From NCBI GenBank assembly GCA_030447245.1, contig JAUJPG010000011.1:67079-131078 (forward strand): a stretch of DNA of 64,000 bases, read 5' to 3'. Below, in pieces: positions 35,760 to 45,545 of this stretch; the first letter of the stretch is position 1, and each line of letters starts with the position of its first letter. Under the pieces are notes generated by a model. The model saw nothing but the letters and a program-made list of their open reading frames with translations, made no database searches and was not told the origin of the DNA. Origin of the DNA: Chloroflexota bacterium. Lineage in GTDB: Bacteria; Chloroflexota; UBA6077; JACCZL01. Made by a program: the position numbers and the translations under genes.

Positions 35760-37516
35760 GCGTCTGGGTCGCTCCCGGCCGCGCGCGACTGCCCCGAGGC
35801 CTCGGGAAGAACCACGAAGAACGTGGCGCCGCGCCCGGTCCGACTGTCCAGCCCGACGCGGCCGCCGTGCAGCTCGGCAAGCGCGTGGGCGATCGGCAGT
35901 CCCAGGCCGGTGCCTGTCGTCCGGCGCGTCGGCTCGTTGTCGAGCCGATAGAATCGCTCGAAGATCGCCCGCTGCTCGGAGGGCGGGATGCCCGGCCCGT
36001 CGTCGTGCACGGACAGGCGGACTGAACCCGCGGGCGCCGGTCCGACGCGGAGGAGGATGGTACTTCCGGAGGGTCCGTATCTGACGGCGTTGGTGAGCAG
36101 ATTGAGCACGATCTGCTCGAGCCGTCGACGATCGCCGTCGACGGTGCACGGCCGGGAGGAGCTGCTCAGCCGGATAGTCTGGCCACGCTCGTCGGCCAAC
36201 GGGCGGACCGTTGCGACCGCGTCCTCGGCAATGTGGCGCAGGTCCAGCAGGTCGCGATGTAGCTCCAGCCGACCGCCTTCAAGGCGGACCAGGTCCAGCA
36301 GGTCGGTCACAAGGGCCGTCAGCCGATCGCTCGAGCGATCCACATTTCGGAGTAGCCGGCGGTGGGTCTCCGAAACGTCGACCGGTGCCGTCGACAGGAG
36401 GACCTCGGCCGAGGCCTTGATCGACGCCAACGGAGTGCGCAGCTCGTGGGAGACGAGCGACAGGAATTGCGACTTGAGCCGCTCCAGCTCCTTGAGCTGC
36501 TCGCGCTCGCTCACGGCCTCCTCGTAGAGCATCGCATTCTCGAGCGCCACCGCCGCCTGGGCGGCGAACACGCCGAGCAGGCGGGCATCCTGGCGGGTGA
36601 ACAGGCCCTGGGTCTTGTTCGCCACGCGGAGCACGCCGAGTACGCGGGTTGCGCGGAGTGGGACCATCAGCAAGGCTCGTTCGCCGAGCACACGCGCGGT
36701 CTCGCTTCCATCGCGTCGATCCGCCGGCGCGTCGTTGGTGATGTACGGGTGCGCGGTTTCGAAGACCTGGACGCACACGCCGCCCTGGGCGAGTGGAAAG
36801 CTGAGTCGCCGTACCTGGTTCGGACGGTAACCGTGCGGAGACGGGCGTGCGACGAGTGACCCCGCCTCGAGCGTCAGCACGGCCGCGCGGTCAGCCCCAA
36901 GCAAGTGGGCTGCCTGACGGGCGACCTGGGCGCCCACCGCGTCCAGCTCGGCCAGCGCGGCAATCGCTTCGCTGGCCTCGGCGAGGCGCGCCACGTCAGC
37001 CAGTCGATCCTGCAGGGCGTCAAACAGCCGGGCGTTGTCGACCGCCATGGCGATAGACCCCGCGAAGGCCCTCATCAATGCATCCGCGGTCTGCGGAAAT
37101 GGGCGCGCCCGGGCCCGCAGGGCGGTCAGGGTGCCCAACCTCCGGCCACGCAGGAGGAGCGGGATGGTCAGTCGGGTGGACAGTGCGTCGGCCGCCTGGC
37201 CAGCCCAGGGGCGGCGAACGTGCAGCACCTCGACTCCGCCCGGGCCACCCAGGCGGATTGTCGCGGCGTCGGCCCTGACCGCATTGGCAACTAGCTCGGC
37301 GGAGCGCCGCAGCACACCGTCAAGGTCGTCAGCCGCGGCGATGATCCGTGGCATCCGGCCGAGGTGCCGGGCGGCCGCTGTGCCCAAACTGGCTACAGCC
37401 GGCGGTGCGTCGGCTTGCTCGGCTTCGCGGGCAATCACCGCGTCTCGCTCGATCATCTCTCGGCCCCCGCTTGCGGTCCCTCGTCCGGTATACCCCGCGT
37501 GAAGGCCGGCCGCCAC
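35747..37516 (-). CDS. GAF-domain sensor histidine kinase
   Basis: GAF-like N-terminal regions, HisKA (LSLVSHELRTPL) and HATPase_c (GTGLGLPIAHALAELHGG). It overlaps the RR start. Start codon uncertain (alternative at MIERD). Confidence 0.8.
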   Translation of the reverse strand: MAAGLHAGYTGRGTASGGREMIERDAVIAREAEQADAPPAVASLGTAAARHLGRMPRIIAAADDLDGVLRRSAELVANAVRADAATIRLGGPGGVEVLHVRRPWAGQAADALSTRLTIPLLLRGRRLGTLTALRARARPFPQTADALMRAFAGSIAMAVDNARLFDALQDRLADVARLAEASEAIAALAELDAVGAQVARQAAHLLGADRAAVLTLEAGSLVARPSPHGYRPNQVRRLSFPLAQGGVCVQVFETAHPYITNDAPADRRDGSETARVLGERALLMVPLRATRVLGVLRVANKTQGLFTRQDARLLGVFAAQAAVALENAMLYEEAVSEREQLKELERLKSQFLSLVSHELRTPLASIKASAEVLLSTAPVDVSETHRRLLRNVDRSSDRLTALVTDLLDLVRLEGGRLELHRDLLDLRHIAEDAVATVRPLADERGQTIRLSSSSRPCTVDGDRRRLEQIVLNLLTNAVRYGPSGSTILLRVGPAPAGSVRLSVHDDGPGIPPSEQRAIFERFYRLDNEPTRRTTGTGLGLPIAHALAELHGGRVGLDSRTGRGATFFVVLPEASGQSRAAGSDPDARGR

Positions 37517-37574
37517 ACCGCCGCCTCACACGTCATCAGGAGGACCTTGACCTCCGCGGTGTGAGGACAGTGGG

Positions 37575-37615
37575 CGATGGCCTGTTTACCAACAGTTAAC
37601 CCACGTTTACCGGGC
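37575..37615. promoter_or_regulatory. Three direct repeats GTTTACC in the divergent HK/RR-ferredoxin intergenic region (candidate response-regulator binding sites)
   Basis: GTTTACCaacagttaacccacGTTTACCgggccaGTTTACC; spacings are 21 and 13 bp. Confidence 0.3.
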
Positions 37616-37683
37616 CAGTTTACCTGCGCCGAGTACGCTTAGGGGGAAACGGGCGGCGCACGCCGGTCCCGGAGGAGGTTCCA

Positions 37684-37980
37684 ATGACCTACACCATCGC
37701 CGAGCCATGTGTCGACGTCAAGAATCAGAGCTGCGTGGACGTCTGTCCCGTCTCGTGCATCTACATCGGCGACGAGGCTGCCGACCGCATCCTGTATATC
37801 AATCCCGACGAGTGCATCGAGTGCGGCGCCTGTGAGCCGGAATGCCCGGTCACGGCGATCTTCCACGACTCGGCGGTGCCGGCCGAGTGGGAAGAGTACA
37901 CGCCATTGAACGCCAACTGGTTCAGCGATCCCGATGGGGTCCGGGCCCGCATCAACGAGCTCGTGCCGCCGGCCGCCTGA
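37684..37980 (+). CDS. fdxA: Ferredoxin (7Fe FdxA type)
   Basis: RBS GGAGGAGG. CVDVKNQSCVDVCPVSCIY...CIECGACEPECP. Confidence 0.85.
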   Translation: MTYTIAEPCVDVKNQSCVDVCPVSCIYIGDEAADRILYINPDECIECGACEPECPVTAIFHDSAVPAEWEEYTPLNANWFSDPDGVRARINELVPPAA

Positions 37981-38585
37981 TCAGGGCGCTCCGCCGCCGC
38001 CCGCGCCGCCTCCGCCGCCCGCGCCGGGAAAGACTATGGTTGGCAGAGGGATCGCCGGTTTGGCTGCCGGAGTTGGTAGCGCCGGGAGCGGGATGGTCGG
38101 CACCACTATCGGCTGGGCCGGCGGTTGCGTTGGCCGTGGCGCGATCTCAGGGGCCGGTAACGGGGCCAACGTCGGGACCGCGTTGAGCGGACCCGTCGGC
38201 GTTGGCAGCACGAACGCGGGAACAGGCGGAGGAGGTGCCAGGGTCGGGGCGGCCTGCATCGCCGGCTTGGGCGCCGATGTCGGAAAGACCAGTGCTGGGC
38301 CGCCAGCCGCGGGTTGCTCGGGGCCACCGCCGCCTGCCCCCGGCGAGGCCTGGGGTCGAGGGTCTGAGAAGCCGCCGCCTGCCGAAGGCCGTAGCGGGCT
38401 CGTCGTCTGGGCGGGCGCTGCCAGCGGCGAGGGCGAGAGCGCCGGCGTGGGGGACACCGCGGCGGGCGGAGTTGTCGGCCGCGGCGTCGGCGTCGAATCG
38501 GTGCAGGCGCTGGCGACCAGTAGAATGAGTGCCGCCACCGTCGGGATCAGGGAGATAGCTCGTCGACGGTGCATGGTCAGCCTCG
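37981..38585 (-). CDS. Pro/Ala/Thr-rich lipoprotein
   Basis: MHRRRAISLIPTVAALILLVASAC lipobox, then an extended P/A/T low-complexity region and a Gly-rich C-terminus. Confidence 0.45.
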
Positions 38586-38665
38586 AGAAGAGTTGACCGG
38601 CGCCCGGCGTGACGTCACGCGGTGCAGGCGGCGCGAGGGGGCCCGTCCGGCGCTCGGACTGGTGC

Positions 38666-39253
38666 TCACGCTGCGTGCCACCGTGGTCGCGCCGCCAGGC
38701 CGACCACCACCCCGACGAGCCAGCCGGCGACGACGTCGCTCGGGTAGTGTAGCCCGGCGTAGACTCGGCTGATTGATAGCGCCGCGGCAAGTCCGCCCAT
38801 CAGGCCCCCGAAGGTCCGCGCCGTCGGCAGCGCTACCGTGGTCATCGCGGCGGCGCAGGCGGCGTGCCGTGACGGGAAGGACCGGCCCGGTGGGTGCAGA
38901 ACAAGGGTCGCACCAGCTGGCCGCGCGGCAATCGGGCGTGATCGCGTGACGGCGCGGCTGACCACCTCGATCGCGGCAACCGTCATTGCCAGCGCGGCCA
39001 CTATGCGCAGGGCGGTCGTGCGGCGGCGTCGACCGGGTGCGCCGGCGCCGCCCGCGAAAAGCGCGAGGAGTAGGGCGACCTCCAGCTTGGCGCCATGGCG
39101 GGCCGACCTGGCCATTGCCGCGTCGCGCGCCGGCCGCTGCCCGATCGTGCTGGCCAGCCGTTCGTCGACGGACTGGTCGAGACGATGCACGGCCGCGATG
39201 AGGCGCCCAGCGGCACGGCTTGCCAGTGGGACGTTGTACTGGAGTGTCTGCAT
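38666..39253 (-). CDS. PAP2-family phosphatase (membrane)
   Basis: SFPSRHAA...SRVYAGLHYPSDVVAG, the PAP2 signature motifs. Confidence 0.7.
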   Translation of the reverse strand: MQTLQYNVPLASRAAGRLIAAVHRLDQSVDERLASTIGQRPARDAAMARSARHGAKLEVALLLALFAGGAGAPGRRRRTTALRIVAALAMTVAAIEVVSRAVTRSRPIAARPAGATLVLHPPGRSFPSRHAACAAAMTTVALPTARTFGGLMGGLAAALSISRVYAGLHYPSDVVAGWLVGVVVGLAARPRWHAA

Positions 39254-39424
39254 GTTGGCTAGCGGTGAGCGGGACCGTATCACAGGGCTTGGCGAATCGG
39301 CTAACGTTGGGGAAGGCGCCCGGACGCGAGTCGCCAGGCGCACGACGAGCAACGTGGAACGGCACCCGGATGGCGAGCCAGGGAGCACGCGGCGATGGTC
39401 GCGCGTCAGCGAGGAGGAGTGGCG

Positions 39425-40300
39425 ATGGAGATAAAGAAGGTCGGGGTAGTCGGCTGCGGCCTGATGGGCGCTGGCATTGCCGAAGTCTGCGCCCGAGCGG
39501 GCTATGACACCGTGGTGCGGGAGGTCGACGATGGTCTACTCGCCAAGGGGCTAGATCGGCTGCGCACGTCGATGGCCGGCGCGGTCGAGCGGGGTAAGCT
39601 GTCCGACCAAAACCGGGCCGCCGCGGGGGGCCGCCTGCGCGGAACGACCAGACTGGAAGAGCTGGCCGACCGGGACCTGATAATCGAGGCAGTGACCGAG
39701 AGTCTCGCCGTAAAGCGCGAGATCTTTGAAACGCTCGACCGTGCCTGCCCATCCTACACCATCCTGGCCAGTAACACGTCTTCGATCCCGATCATCGACA
39801 TGGCGAGCGTGACCGGGAGGCCGGATCGGGTGCTCGGGATGCACTTCATGAACCCCGTGCCGGTTATGCGGTTGGTTGAGCTGGTTCAGGCCATCACGAC
39901 CAGCGACGAGACGCTGGCGACGTCCCGCGCCTTCGGCGAGGCGGTCGGCAAGCGGGTGATCGTCTCGAAGGACCGCGCCGGCTTCATCGTCAACATGCTG
40001 CTGGTGCCCTACTTACTCGAGGCCATTCGGATGTACGAGAGTGGGTTTGCGACGCGCGAGGACATCGACGTCGGCATGGTCCTGGGCACCAATCACCCGA
40101 TGGGGCCACTCACGCTGCTCGACTACGTTGGGCTCGATACGACGTACTTCATCGCCAACATCCTGTTCGAAGAGTACCGACAATCGCAGTACGCGCCGCC
40201 GCCCTTGCTGAAGCAGATGGTCACGGCCGGATTCAACGGTCGCAAGAGCGGGCGGGGCTTCTATGATTACGCCGCGGGCGAAAAGCCGCCCCAGACGTGA
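39425..40300 (+). CDS. hbd: 3-hydroxybutyryl-CoA dehydrogenase
   Basis: RBS GAGGAGG. MEIKKVGVVGCGLMGAGIA...SNTSS...3HCDH N- and C-terminal domains. Confidence 0.85.
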   Translation: MEIKKVGVVGCGLMGAGIAEVCARAGYDTVVREVDDGLLAKGLDRLRTSMAGAVERGKLSDQNRAAAGGRLRGTTRLEELADRDLIIEAVTESLAVKREIFETLDRACPSYTILASNTSSIPIIDMASVTGRPDRVLGMHFMNPVPVMRLVELVQAITTSDETLATSRAFGEAVGKRVIVSKDRAGFIVNMLLVPYLLEAIRMYESGFATREDIDVGMVLGTNHPMGPLTLLDYVGLDTTYFIANILFEEYRQSQYAPPPLLKQMVTAGFNGRKSGRGFYDYAAGEKPPQT

Positions 40301-41007
40301 GTCGAACGTCGTCCCCGAAGGGTCTGGTCATCTTCGATCTCGACAACACGGTCGTCCATTCGACGATCGACTTCGCCAGAATCCGACGCGACCTGATCGG
40401 CCTCCTGCGAGCACAGCGCATCACGACAGAGTCGGATTCAGCGCTGGCGCGGCGCTCGATCGGCCAGATCATCGAGCTGGCTGATGCCCACGACGGCTGG
40501 GCAGGAACCCACGTCGGCGCCGAGAGCTGGCGGATCGTCCTGGAGTACGAGCGCGCCGGCATGCGCGAGGCCTCGGTCGAGCCAGACGCCACCGAGACGC
40601 TGCAAGTCCTTCGTGACGAGGGTTGGCTGCTCGCGATCCTGACGAACAACGCTCGAGCGGCGACGCTGGATGCGTTGGGCAAGTTCGGGATGACTGACTG
40701 CTTCAACCTCGTCGTTAGCCGCGACGACGCGGCAATGAAGCCGAATCCAGCCGGTATCGACCTGGCACGGGCCGCGTTGGGCGGGTGCGGTCGGACTGTC
40801 ATGGTCGGAGACTCGTGGCTCGACGGGACGGCAGCCGAGCGCGCCAGCGTTCCGTTCGTTGCCTTCCGCCCAAAGCCGGGCTTGCTGGAAGATCGCAAGG
40901 TTCGGGCGTGGACCGTCATCGCTCGACTGGCAGACCTCGCCGAGGTGCTGCCAGGCCTCTGGTCGGGCACGCCGGACTCCTTCGGGGCGGGGCGAGGAGA
41001 CGGATAG
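40297..41007 (+). CDS. HAD-family hydrolase
   Basis: GTG start overlaps the hbd stop. VIFDLDNTVV is the DxDxT motif. Confidence 0.75.
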   Translation: MSRTSSPKGLVIFDLDNTVVHSTIDFARIRRDLIGLLRAQRITTESDSALARRSIGQIIELADAHDGWAGTHVGAESWRIVLEYERAGMREASVEPDATETLQVLRDEGWLLAILTNNARAATLDALGKFGMTDCFNLVVSRDDAAMKPNPAGIDLARAALGGCGRTVMVGDSWLDGTAAERASVPFVAFRPKPGLLEDRKVRAWTVIARLADLAEVLPGLWSGTPDSFGAGRGDG

Positions 41008-42382
41008 GAATCGGCCGTCGACGTCCGGCGAGGCGTCGACGGAAGGCTACCGCGCAGCACTCGCTTGGCTGCTCGCCTTCGCCGACTGGGAGCGAGGGGT
41101 CGGCTGGAACCCAGCCGCTTCAGCCGCTGAACAGTGGAAGCTTGGGCGGGCCCGCCTGCTGCTGGAACTAGCCGGCGCACCAGACCGAGACCGTCGCACG
41201 GTGCTGATCGCCGGGACCAAGGGCAAGGGGTCAACCGCGGCAATCCTCGAGTCCCTGGCGCGGGCGGCTGGCTGGCGAACCGGGCTATACACCCAGCCGC
41301 ACCTGGACACCTTTCGCGAGCGGCTCAGGCTGGACGGCCAGCCGATTTCACAGGCCCTCTTCGTCACGCTCGTCAGCCGTTTGCGGAGGCTGGTTGCGCG
41401 ACTGCGCGCGGATCACCCCGAAGCCGGAGAGCCGACGACGTTCGAGCTGACGACCGTCCTGGCCGTCCTGGCGTGTGCTGAGGCGTCCGTCGATCTCACG
41501 ATCCTGGAGGTCGGACTGGGAGGGCGGCTGGACGCGACGAATGCCGTTGATTCGGGGCTGTCCGTCCTCGCACGGATCGGGTTGGACCACACGGAGATTC
41601 TGGGCAACACGATCGCCGAAATCGCGCGGGAAAAGGCCGGCATCATCCGGCCACAGGGACCGGTTGTGTCGGCGCTCCAGCGGCGAGCGGCCAGAGACAT
41701 GATCCTGGCGCGGTGCGTCGAGGTCGGTGCATGCTGCCGATTTGTCCGCCCACTCCCAGGCGGCGCTCCTGAGGCGACCGGCCAGCAGGTGGTGGTGCGC
41801 TTGCCATCGGGGCCGCCGTTCGCGGCGACACTTCACCTCCAGGGCGCCCACCAGCGTCAGAATGCCGCCCTGGCACTCGCAGCCGCGAGCGAACTGGCTT
41901 CGGCCGGTCTCGCGCTCACGCCAGACTCGGTGCGGACCGCGCTGGCGGAAGCCCGGGCGCCAGGACGGGTGGAGGTGATCCGTGGTGCGCCGACGTGGGT
42001 GTTGGACGCTGCCCACAACGCCGACTCGGCCACGGCACTAGCGCGGACGCTGGACGAAGTCGCGCCGAGTCGCCCCCGGTGGACCGTCCTGGGGATCTTG
42101 CGGGACAAGGATGCCGCGGCGGTGGCCCGCGTGCTCGTGCCAGGCGCGGATGGCATCGTCGTCGCCGCGCCAAAGACCCCAAGGGCGCTGCCTGCCGAGG
42201 AGCTCGCCGACATATGTCGACGGGCGGGCGCTGAAAGTGTGGAGAGTGCCGAGAGCATTGCCGATGCGCTCGACCGCGCGCGAACGGCGGCTGGACCGCG
42301 CGGCACGGTCATCGCCACGGGGTCATTTGCCGTCGTCTCCGAAGCCCGGGCTGCGCTCGGGATGGCCGAGTCGGACGCGTAG
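40859..42382 (+). CDS. folC: Folylpolyglutamate synthase/dihydrofolate synthase (Mur ligase family); start uncertain
   Basis: YRAALAWLLAF...LIAGTKGKGST...; the conserved N-terminus begins near 41040. No ATG/GTG/TTG lies in frame between 40862 and the GTKGKGS motif (ACG at 41039 sits where a start is expected). The track ORF starts at TTG 40859, overlapping the HAD gene by 149 nt. Confidence 0.7.
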   Translation: MPSAQSRACWKIARFGRGPSSLDWQTSPRCCQASGRARRTPSGRGEETDRNRPSTSGEASTEGYRAALAWLLAFADWERGVGWNPAASAAEQWKLGRARLLLELAGAPDRDRRTVLIAGTKGKGSTAAILESLARAAGWRTGLYTQPHLDTFRERLRLDGQPISQALFVTLVSRLRRLVARLRADHPEAGEPTTFELTTVLAVLACAEASVDLTILEVGLGGRLDATNAVDSGLSVLARIGLDHTEILGNTIAEIAREKAGIIRPQGPVVSALQRRAARDMILARCVEVGACCRFVRPLPGGAPEATGQQVVVRLPSGPPFAATLHLQGAHQRQNAALALAAASELASAGLALTPDSVRTALAEARAPGRVEVIRGAPTWVLDAAHNADSATALARTLDEVAPSRPRWTVLGILRDKDAAAVARVLVPGADGIVVAAPKTPRALPAEELADICRRAGAESVESAESIADALDRARTAAGPRGTVIATGSFAVVSEARAALGMAESDA

Positions 42383-42504
42383 CAGGAGGCAGGCCGCTCG
42401 GCGCCGCTCCAGGTCACCCGCACGGTGCCCGCTTGGTCGCGAGTTGCCTCGACCGGCGCTGCCTGGACTATCCTTTGGGTGTGGATCACGTCGAGGAGGA
42501 CTTT

Positions 42505-42693
42505 ATGGCAGCCGGTAGCCTGCGCCGATCGAAACGGCATCGCATCATCGCTGGGGTCGCCGGCGGCATAGCGGAGTGGGTGGGCGCGCCGGTGATCCTG
42601 ATCCGCTTGCTCTGGCTGATTCTGCTGCTTCCCGGCGGCCTGCCAGGCGTCGTCCCCTACGCCATCTGCTGGGTGCTCATCCCTTCGGAATAA
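42505..42693 (+). CDS. PspC-domain protein (62 aa)
   Basis: RBS GAGGAGG. RHRIIAGVAGGIAEWVGAPVILIRLLWLIL. Confidence 0.6.
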   Translation: MAAGSLRRSKRHRIIAGVAGGIAEWVGAPVILIRLLWLILLLPGGLPGVVPYAICWVLIPSE

Positions 42694-42784
42694 CGCGCGC
42701 AGACGCACCCGCCGGTTGTTTTTGACCATAGTGCGAGCGGCGACGACCCCACGGCTCGCCAGCGAGGACGTCATCCCGGGTGTT

Positions 42785-44161
42785 TCAGTCCGGGGGCTGA
42801 CCCCCCGGGCCACCGTCGGGCTTGTCGAGGCGGCGCGAGACGAGCATGTTGACGAACCAGAGGGCGGCCCCAATTGCGAGCAGGATGCCGCCGCGCAGGT
42901 AGATGTCTCCGCGTTGCTGGGTCATCAGCGCCAGGCAGCTGATCGCCCCCAGGATCGGCAGGATACTGGGGGTGGCGAAGTGCGGATAGTCGACCGGGTC
43001 ACGGCGCAGGATCAGCACCGCCACGTTGACGATCGCAAACACGACGAGGAGCAGGGCCACCGTTGTATCGGCCAGCGCCCCGAGGTCGCCAGTAAAGGCC
43101 AGGCCGAGGGCAAGCAGTGTGGTGAACACAATCGCCACCCAGGGCGTCTTCCGCTCGGTATGGGTCTTCCCCAGGACCTTCGGCAGGATCCTCTGGTTGG
43201 CCATTCCATAGATCACGCGCGAGGCCATGATCATGTTGATCAGGGCGGTGTTGGTGATCGCCAGCAGGGCGATCCCGGAGAAAAGAATCAACGGGAAGGC
43301 GGGCGCGCCGGCTTTGACCACCTCCAACAGTGGCCCGGACGACTGCCCGAGCGTCTCCGTCGGCACGACGAGCGCGGCGGTGAAGGAGACCGCAAGGTAG
43401 ACGAGGGTCGCAACTCCCAGGCCGCCGAGTAGCGCACGCGGCATCATCCGGACCGGGTCTTCCGTCTCCTCGGCCATGTTGACGGCGTCCTCGAAGCCCA
43501 GGAACGCATAGAACGCCACGACGGCGCCGCCGAGAATGGCCAGCGGGAGTGCCTCGCCTTGCTTGAAGGTAAAGGGACGAGACACGTCGCCCGAGCCACT
43601 CGCCAGTGCGACAATCCCAATCACGATCACCAGCGCAAGGCCGCTCGCCTCGATCAGCGTCAAGACCATATTCACCCCGATCGACTCGGAGATCCCGCGG
43701 TAGTTGACCAGGGCGAGCACGATCAGGAAGAGGAAGACGACCAGATCGGGAGGTACCTGGATGAACTCCTGCAGGTAGCGGCCGGCGAATGCGCGCGAAA
43801 CGGCGGCGGCCGAGGCGATGCCCGAGGCCACGACGGCGAAGGCCACCATGAAGGTGAAAAACGGCATCTTGAACGCCTTGTTGGTGTAGAGGGCCGCGCC
43901 GGCCGCGCCCGGGTACTTCGTCACCAGCTCGGCGTAGGAGAGGGCGGTCAGGACGGCCAGAACCATCGCGAGGAGGAACGACACCCAGATCGCGCCCCCG
44001 ACCTCATTCGCGACCCCGCCGACCCGAGCGTAGATGCCCGCCCCCAGGATGTCGCCGATCACGAACAGGAGCAGCATTTTCTGGCCGATGCCGCGCTTCA
44101 GCTGCTCGCCCGGTTCCGCTGGCTGCTCGAGCTGATCAGCCCGTCGTTCCGGTGCTTCCAT
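42785..44161 (-). CDS. APC-family amino acid permease
   Basis: 458 aa, 12 TM helices, AA_permease_2-like. Confidence 0.85.
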   Translation of the reverse strand: MEAPERRADQLEQPAEPGEQLKRGIGQKMLLLFVIGDILGAGIYARVGGVANEVGGAIWVSFLLAMVLAVLTALSYAELVTKYPGAAGAALYTNKAFKMPFFTFMVAFAVVASGIASAAAVSRAFAGRYLQEFIQVPPDLVVFLFLIVLALVNYRGISESIGVNMVLTLIEASGLALVIVIGIVALASGSGDVSRPFTFKQGEALPLAILGGAVVAFYAFLGFEDAVNMAEETEDPVRMMPRALLGGLGVATLVYLAVSFTAALVVPTETLGQSSGPLLEVVKAGAPAFPLILFSGIALLAITNTALINMIMASRVIYGMANQRILPKVLGKTHTERKTPWVAIVFTTLLALGLAFTGDLGALADTTVALLLVVFAIVNVAVLILRRDPVDYPHFATPSILPILGAISCLALMTQQRGDIYLRGGILLAIGAALWFVNMLVSRRLDKPDGGPGGQPPD

Positions 44162-44558
44162 CGCTCTGCATTTCCTCTCGCCGGCTTGCGTGAGGCGCCG
44201 CCCGCATTAGGGCGCGCCGCTGCAGGTTACGGTACCCCTGCCCAACTCCTCCGGCAAGGCGGTTGGCAAGCTGATCCTGGCCAAAGCGGTACGCAGCCAC
44301 CTGCACGCCTTCGGACTCGACGGGGATGACGAGCGTGGCCGCGGCTCAGGTGAGGCGAACAGCATACAGGACCGAGCATGCTGCAATCGGAACCATGCCG
44401 CGGCTCACCACGCCGCCGCTGCGATACGCTCCCTGAGCCCCACGGGCGTTCCGCGGATGCTATGGCCTCCTGCTGATTCCTCGGAGGCGGAGTTTTCACT
44501 AAAGTGCGCCTGTCAGGTGGACCGAGAGGGCTCGGTGGGCGGCGCTAGGTAACCCGGT

Positions 44559-45545
44559 GTGCAAGTTACGGTAAGTCCAGGCCACAGGCCGGCGTACCCT
44601 GAAGGTGCATGACTACCTGACGGGGCCGACCGTGGACCTGGACACCTTCATCGTAGCGGTCTTCTGCACGATTGACGACGAGCTGCGCGCGTTGGCCACA
44701 CGCGAGCGGTGGCGGGCGCGCGGTCCGCGTCCCCGCTTGGCCGACAGCGAGGTGTTGACGCAGGAGGTCGTCGGGGAGTACCTCGGCATCGACACCGACC
44801 GGGGCTGTACGCCTACTTCCGCCGCCACTACGGGGCCTGGTTCCCGGCGCTCGGTCGGGTGCACCGGACGACGTTCGTCCGTCAGGCCGCAAATCTGTGG
44901 GCGGTCAAGGAGCGGCTGTGGCAGCAGATCCTCCGGCGGGTGCCGCACGAGCCGACTTCGCGCTGATCGACAGCTTTCCGCTGCCGGTCTGCCAGTTCGC
45001 TCGCGCCCACCGCTGCCGACGGTTCCGCGGCGAGGCGGCGTATGGCAAGGACACGCTGGTCCGCCAGACCTTCTACGGCTTCCGCGTCCACGTGCGGGTG
45101 TGCTGGGCGGCCTGATCGGCCGGGTCCTGCTGGCGCCGGCCAACGTCTCGAGCTCGCCGCTGTGCCGGCCCTCGCCGATGGCACGGCCGGCTGGCTGCTC
45201 GGTGACCGCAACTACCACGCACCGCGCCTGTCGGACGAACTGGCCGGCCGGGGCCTCCGGCTTCCTCGCCCCATTCCGCTGGGCCAGCCGGGACCCACGA
45301 GCCGACGCGGGCGCACCTGCTCAGCCGCTTTCGCTATCGGATCGACACCGTCTTCGGGCAGCTCGTCGACCGCTATCGCGCCAAGCGCGTCTGGGCGCGT
45401 GACTCCTATCACCTCCGCAGCCGCCTCCTCCGCAAGGTGCTCAGCCACACTCTCGCGGTCCACTTCACCATCGAGGCCCAGCATCCGCCGCTACGCCTCG
45501 CCAACCTGCTCTCTGCCTGACAAACCTGCACACCGGGTTAGGGTA
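44559..45545. mobile_element. IS982-family-like insertion sequence (~0.99 kb) with 13-bp perfect terminal inverted repeats; transposase decayed
   Basis: AACCCGGTGTGCA at 44561..44573, and its reverse complement TGCACACCGGGTT at 45531..45543. Confidence 0.65.
44605..45520 (+). pseudogene. IS982-family DDE transposase, multiply frameshifted
   Basis: DTFIVAVFCTIDDEL / YAYFRRHYGAWFPALGRVHRTTFVRQAANLWAVKERLWQQIL / FALIDSFPLPVCQFARAHRCRRFRGEAAYGKD / LSRFRYRIDTVFGQLVDRYRAKRVWARDSYHLRSRLLRKVLSHTLAV are spread across three frames. Confidence 0.6.

Noticed and set aside
35488-37502. Multiple plus-strand ORFs opposite the histidine kinase / response regulator genes
   Set aside because: Shadow ORFs with R/P/A-rich composition typical of high-GC antisense frames.
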